Source of the DNA: an uncultured Parachlamydiaceae bacterium
GTDB taxonomy: Bacteria; Chlamydiota; Chlamydiia; Chlamydiales; Parachlamydiaceae
Direction: 5' to 3'
Length of the DNA stretch: 64,000 bases
Assembly: GCA_963752155.1 (NCBI GenBank)
Contig: CAVVXH010000010.1
Span: forward strand, 224,001 to 288,000
Of this stretch, positions 62,040-64,000 are shown one piece after another; position 1 is the stretch's first letter; the number at the start of each line of letters is the position of its first letter. Both the position numbers and the translations under genes were made by a program. Below the pieces are notes generated by a model. That model did no database searches and was not told the origin of the DNA. It saw nothing but the letters and a program-made list of their open reading frames with translations.

Positions 62040-63014
62040 TCATTTAAAATGACATTCTAATAGAGGCAGTGTTTCGTTTAAAAAAGCCTCCACGTTAAGG
62101 TGGGTAATACGTAAAATGGCTTGACGTTGTTCCAAAAGAAGGGGGTTGATTTTGAACAAAAAAGTCATCAATTGCTTGAGCTTACCGACTTTAGTTTTTT
62201 CTGACATTTCAGGAGGCATCTCGGCTAAATACACATTAAAATAGTGCTTAAGATTTGCCCATGAGCACTTATACTCTTTTCCGTCAAAATGAGATTGAAT
62301 TTGATGAAAAATAAAAGGGTTGATGAGGCTTCCTCTACCAATCATCAAAGCATCGCATCGCGTTGTTTTTAACATTTTGAGCGCATCTTCAACATTGAGA
62401 ATGTCTCCATTGCCAACGACAGGGATCGTAAGCAAAGATTTGGCTTCTGCAATGAGGTCCCAACGGGCTGGTGGGCCATACCCTTCAGCTTTTGTTCGTG
62501 GATGGAGTGTGATGTAGCGAACTCCGCTTTCTTGCGCTGCCAATAAGTTTTCTTTAAATAATGAAGTATCATCAAATCCTGAACGCAATTTTGCAGTTAC
62601 AGGAATAGGAACAGCTTTTACCATGGCTTGAGCAATATGGTATAGATGATTTGGATCTTTAAGTAAACTAGAGCCCGCTCCTCTTCCTGTGACTGTATTG
62701 GAAGGACATCCACAATTTAGATCGATTCTGGGGGCCCCTCGTGCAGCTATTTCTCGACTCATGTCAGCCATCAGTTGAATATCTGAACCCATAATTTGTG
62801 CAGCCAATGGAATTGGAGTCATTTCATTGGCTTGGTAACGAATAGCCAGACTTTGGACATGAGCATTTGAAGGTACGCGTAGAAAATCTCGAACAGCTTC
62901 GTTAAAACCTCCAATGGAAGCCATGGCTTTGCGAAAGCATTGATCCCCAACACCTTCCATAGGAGCTAGAATGAGATAAGGGCAACCATTACTGTTTTTA
63001 TGAAGAAGATTCAT
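62040..63014 (-). CDS. tRNA-dihydrouridine synthase family protein
   Basis: LAPMEG, DLNCGCP, LHPRT and GNGDI. Confidence 0.9.
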   Translation of the reverse strand: MNLLHKNSNGCPYLILAPMEGVGDQCFRKAMASIGGFNEAVRDFLRVPSNAHVQSLAIRYQANEMTPIPLAAQIMGSDIQLMADMSREIAARGAPRIDLNCGCPSNTVTGRGAGSSLLKDPNHLYHIAQAMVKAVPIPVTAKLRSGFDDTSLFKENLLAAQESGVRYITLHPRTKAEGYGPPARWDLIAEAKSLLTIPVVGNGDILNVEDALKMLKTTRCDALMIGRGSLINPFIFHQIQSHFDGKEYKCSWANLKHYFNVYLAEMPPEMSEKTKVGKLKQLMTFLFKINPLLLEQRQAILRITHLNVEAFLNETLPLLECHFK

Positions 63015-63182
63015 TTTTATGAAAGGTTATTTTTATTAGAAAGTATAGATGGGTAGCTATATTTTTGCAATTCCTACTATGGCAAAAAAAAGAGGTGTGG
63101 CAGAATTCAGATAATAGGCTATATGATTCTTTTGCATTGCATCGGAAGATAGCCAATGACCCTTTTCACATTGGTTTGAAAG

Positions 63183-63647
63183 ATGGTTCTGAATAAAGAG
63201 AAAGAAGGGGCTGTGCTTCTCGAGACAACTGAAAATTATTACTTTGAATATCAAAAAGATCCTGAGCAAAAGGATCTTATGATCCTTCAAGAAGGAATCA
63301 ATGCTGATGCGGTTGAATATGGGATGCAGCGTATTCACCCTTTTGGAATTTTTATTAAAGATTTTGATGAAAAAGTCGCCGGAGGTATTTATGGCCATTA
63401 CCTCTATGGCTGTGTTCAAATAGAAATGCTTTGGGTAGCAAAAGAATTACGTCATAAAGAATGGGGATTGAAGCTTATGCGCGAGGCAGAAGCTATCGCT
63501 CGTGAACGCAAATGTCGATTTGCAACTGTCAATACAATGGAATGGGAGGCATTGTCGTTTTATCAAAAGATTGGCTATCAGATAGAATTCACTAGAGAAG
63601 GGTATGATAAGCAATCTAAAATGTATTACTTACGCAAAAAAATTTAA
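63183..63647 (+). CDS. GNAT-family acetyltransferase
   Basis: LWVAKELRHKEWGLKLM and ALSFYQKIGY. Confidence 0.85.
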   Translation: MVLNKEKEGAVLLETTENYYFEYQKDPEQKDLMILQEGINADAVEYGMQRIHPFGIFIKDFDEKVAGGIYGHYLYGCVQIEMLWVAKELRHKEWGLKLMREAEAIARERKCRFATVNTMEWEALSFYQKIGYQIEFTREGYDKQSKMYYLRKKI

Positions 63648-63693
63648 ACACAAGCGAGAAAGCGCCTTGCTATTTCCCCCCCTTTCCAGGTCC

Positions 63694-63797
63694 AAATACG
63701 TGACTTCAAATTAAGTATGCACCCTTGATTATAACATCCAAAAAGTTATTGGATGTTATAATCAAGGGTGCATACTTAATTAGAAGTCACATATTTT
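63694..63797. repeat. Family F hairpin
   Basis: AATTAAGTATGCACCCTTGATTATAACATCCAA / TTGGATGTTATAATCAAGGGTGCATACTTAATT; copy at 16650-16716. Confidence 0.9.
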
Positions 63798-64000
63798 AGG
63801 GGAGACATCTGGTCTTACACTATCCTTTTCCTCATGAATGAAAACGCGTTGAATGCGAGGGCCAAGGCAGGTGATCAGTTCATGGACAATAGAGTTTCCG
63901 TTTTTGGCAAATTCTTCAGCCGGAAGATATTGGCCAAATTCATCTTCTCCAAAAATTAAGACAGGGTCTCCTATGGAAGCGTAGGGAATATGTGTGATGT
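63780..64000 (-). CDS. alr: 3' end of alanine racemase (or a MurF-Alr fusion)
   Basis: Read by hand: ITHIPYASIGDPVLIFG...SIVHELITCLGPRIQRVF. Confidence 0.7.
   Translation of the reverse strand, partial: ITHIPYASIGDPVLIFGEDEFGQYLPAEEFAKNGNSIVHELITCLGPRIQRVFIHEEKDSVRPDVSPKICDF

Noticed and set aside
1..64000. tRNA, rRNA, prophage, integrase or intact classical transposase
   Set aside because: None recognised by eye; a covariance-model scan was not possible

Overview
AT-rich bacterial chromosome segment whose gene content points to an environmental Chlamydiae (Parachlamydiales-like) genome; this taxonomic call is an inference. Housekeeping genes include a SWIM/SNF2 helicase, clpB, clpC, a tyrP-like permease, nuoH-N, lnt, glgP, an M16 peptidase, recR, a Dus enzyme and the 3' end of alr. 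Accessory genes include a five-gene polyphosphate cluster, toxin-antitoxin-like pairs, F-box-like/MORN paralogs, a trypsin-like protease, a Sir2-like protein and Inc-like proteins. Several conserved genes are split by single-base frameshifts that look like sequencing indels. The most striking signal is non-coding. One element consists of two inverted arrays of a 9-bp repeat (AACGATAAR)n...(YTTATCGTT)n enclosing a GxxExxY nuclease-family gene. It is intact at ~52.5-53.4 kb, internally deleted at ~0.47-1.13 kb and gene-less at ~34.6-34.9 kb. About a dozen other families of palindromic intergenic elements occur alongside it. Many have arms built from different 6- or 9-bp tandem units, they nest inside each other, and several supply the stop codon of a neighbouring gene.
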